Assembly (NCBI RefSeq): GCF_025526975.1
Contig: NW_026515699.1
Span: 124,001 to 188,000 of the forward strand
Reading direction: 5' to 3'
Length of the DNA: 64,000 nucleotides
DNA from: Fimicolochytrium jonesii
Lineage: Eukaryota
Shown here one piece after another: positions 62,255 through 64,000 of the stretch. The notes below the pieces were generated by a model. It made no database searches, had not been told where the DNA came from, and saw only the letters and a program-made list of their open reading frames with translations. Numbering within the stretch: position 1 is the stretch's first letter; each line of letters starts with the position of its first letter. Made by a program: the position numbers and the translations under genes.

Positions 62255-62560
62255 GGTTTGAAGTTGAGGGGGGGTACTTCTTCGTGCCGATGCTGGAGGT
62301 TTCGCATCGAGACGCTCGAGACGCATGGCATGCATGGCGCCTCTTCCAGGAATACAGTAATAGGTTGCCAAAACGCTGGTTACGACGGGCGCGTTGAAAA
62401 GCGTTGAAGGAGATTCACCGAAGGTGCATGTGTGCGTTCTACTGTGCCCCCAACCGCCCACGGATCGAACGTCCCACCCAGCAAAGGATTGGAAAAGAGC
62501 CGAAACCACTTGCTCCCCCTCCCCAGAACCCATCCTTCCTCCACCGCAACCCCCACCACA

Positions 62561-62784
62561 ATGGCCGAATCATCCTCCGCGGACGGCGGCCCCGCCTCGC
62601 AAGACGACCTGGACGATTTCCGCGAGCAGGACCGGTTCCTGCCGACGGCCAACGTCGCCCGGCTCATGAAGCGCGCGCTGCCGGAGAACAGCAAGATTGC
62701 CAAGGAGGCGAAGGATTGTATTATGGAGTGTGTTTCGGAATTTATCAGCTTTGTTACTTCGGAAGGTGTGTATGGGAGACGGAA

Positions 62785-62815
<31 letters not shown>

Positions 62816-63792
62816 GGGTAATAGGCCGGGAGGTTTGTGTGGGTGTTGTTGGGCAGCGACGTTAAGGAACAGGACGAAAGCGGTTTCTCGGAACAGTGGC
62901 ATTCACGACGGGCCTCACCGGATTCTGACCATTCCCCTTGTTTCCCTCCTACAGCAAGTGACCGATGTGTAGCAGAGAAACGTAAAACTATCAACGGCGA
63001 GGACATCCTGTGGGCGTTTCAATCGCTCGGGTTTGATAGTTACTGCGAGGTCATGAAGGTCTATCTCAACCGGTATCGCGAGGTAAGTACGGGGACTGTG
63101 TCGCTGTGTTTCCACCAAGGGGGATGGGCGATGGGCAAACGCGGCAGGGACTGGAAAGTAGGGAGAAACCGAAGGATGCGGGACGGGCTCGAAAAGAGAC
63201 TGGACGGGCGGTTGCAGCGCATCATGCGTGGAAATACCCTTGCGTGGAAAGATAGTCATACGGATGGGATGACGACCGTTGAGGGAAAGGGGTGGTGAAT
63301 TCCCCAGACCATCCCCGCTTCACATCACCCACCCACTACCGCCCACTCCCACTAACCACTGTCCTGTCCCCTCCCACCCAGGCAACAAAACTCGAACGCG
63401 CCGCCTCAGTCCCCCCACCCCCCGTCCCCACAACCCAACCCAACCTATCAGTCCCAACCGACGCCTCATCCCTCCTCCAAGACCCGCCATCAACCGTCAA
63501 TTCACAGATCCAAATGCCTCCGCCATCATCATCTCCGTCGATACCGCAGGGGTATGCGCATGTGGGGCATGTATTGGGGGCGAGTGTGGATGTGAGGGGG
63601 GCCGGTGCGAATGGGAATGCGAATGGGAATGCAGATGGACAGCCTGTGCCGACGGGGATCTCGGAGCAGACGGCGTGGGCTGAGGGGGGTGCGGCGAAGG
63701 AGGAGGGCAATGGGGTGGTGACCCCATTGTTGGTACCCGGCGTCAGTGAGGGGGATCAACCGATTCAACAGCAGGCAGCACCGGATGGGTAG
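62561..63792 (+). CDS. HAP3: CCAAT-binding factor subunit NF-YB/Hap3
   Basis: [17 protein letters not shown]…[34 protein letters not shown]; 3 exons. Confidence 0.96.
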
Positions 63793-64000
63793 TTGGGTCT
63801 CCCTGGGTTTCCCGCAACACACCAACTATCCCCTCGCACCCTTCATGTACATAATTTACCCGTTTTCTGAGACGTCTCGCGGATCCCGCCGCAAACTAGG
63901 AGGGAGGGAGAATAGCAAATGAATCAAAATGAGAAACTTATGCATACTCTGTGATCCATGGGAAAATCGGATGATTTCATTTCCAAACATGGGCGAGAAG

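Noticed and set aside
62784..62818. Poly-G tracts (also 19718, 55218; poly-C at 18805, 19145) as functional G-quadruplexes
   Set aside because: Homopolymers are common in introns and intergenic DNA here and their length is error-prone; there is no specific support.

Overview
Eukaryotic, intron-rich, roughly GC-balanced fungal DNA, most consistent with an early-diverging (chytrid-like) fungus; this is inferred from gene content and intron style. The window has two compartments. About 1-33 kb is a repeat and pseudogene field: Ty3/gypsy RT, Ty1/copia RNase H, pogo and Tc1-like remnants, several MITEs, TTAGGG-bearing elements and satellites, and two dispersed families of unknown ORFs. Embedded in it is a three-gene island: a Gdown1/POLR2M-like gene, a frame-broken PGA1-like gene and an F-box/PP2-lectin gene with a premature stop. 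About 33-64 kb is gene-dense: a claudin-like tetraspan, a secreted dirigent/AOC-barrel protein, a TM-sensor-TM-HAMP protein with no output domain, HPC2/ubinuclein, a mitochondrial RRM protein, RPL22, NFU1, ERG24/LBR-like, a gag remnant, a 4-TM protein, a PPR protein, PLAC8, a pathogen-related-protein pseudogene, METTL16 and NF-YB/HAP3. The strongest novelty candidate is the apparent fungal Gdown1, a Pol II regulator usually described as metazoan-specific. All family calls come from motif recall and manual splicing, not database searches, and exon boundaries are hand-derived.
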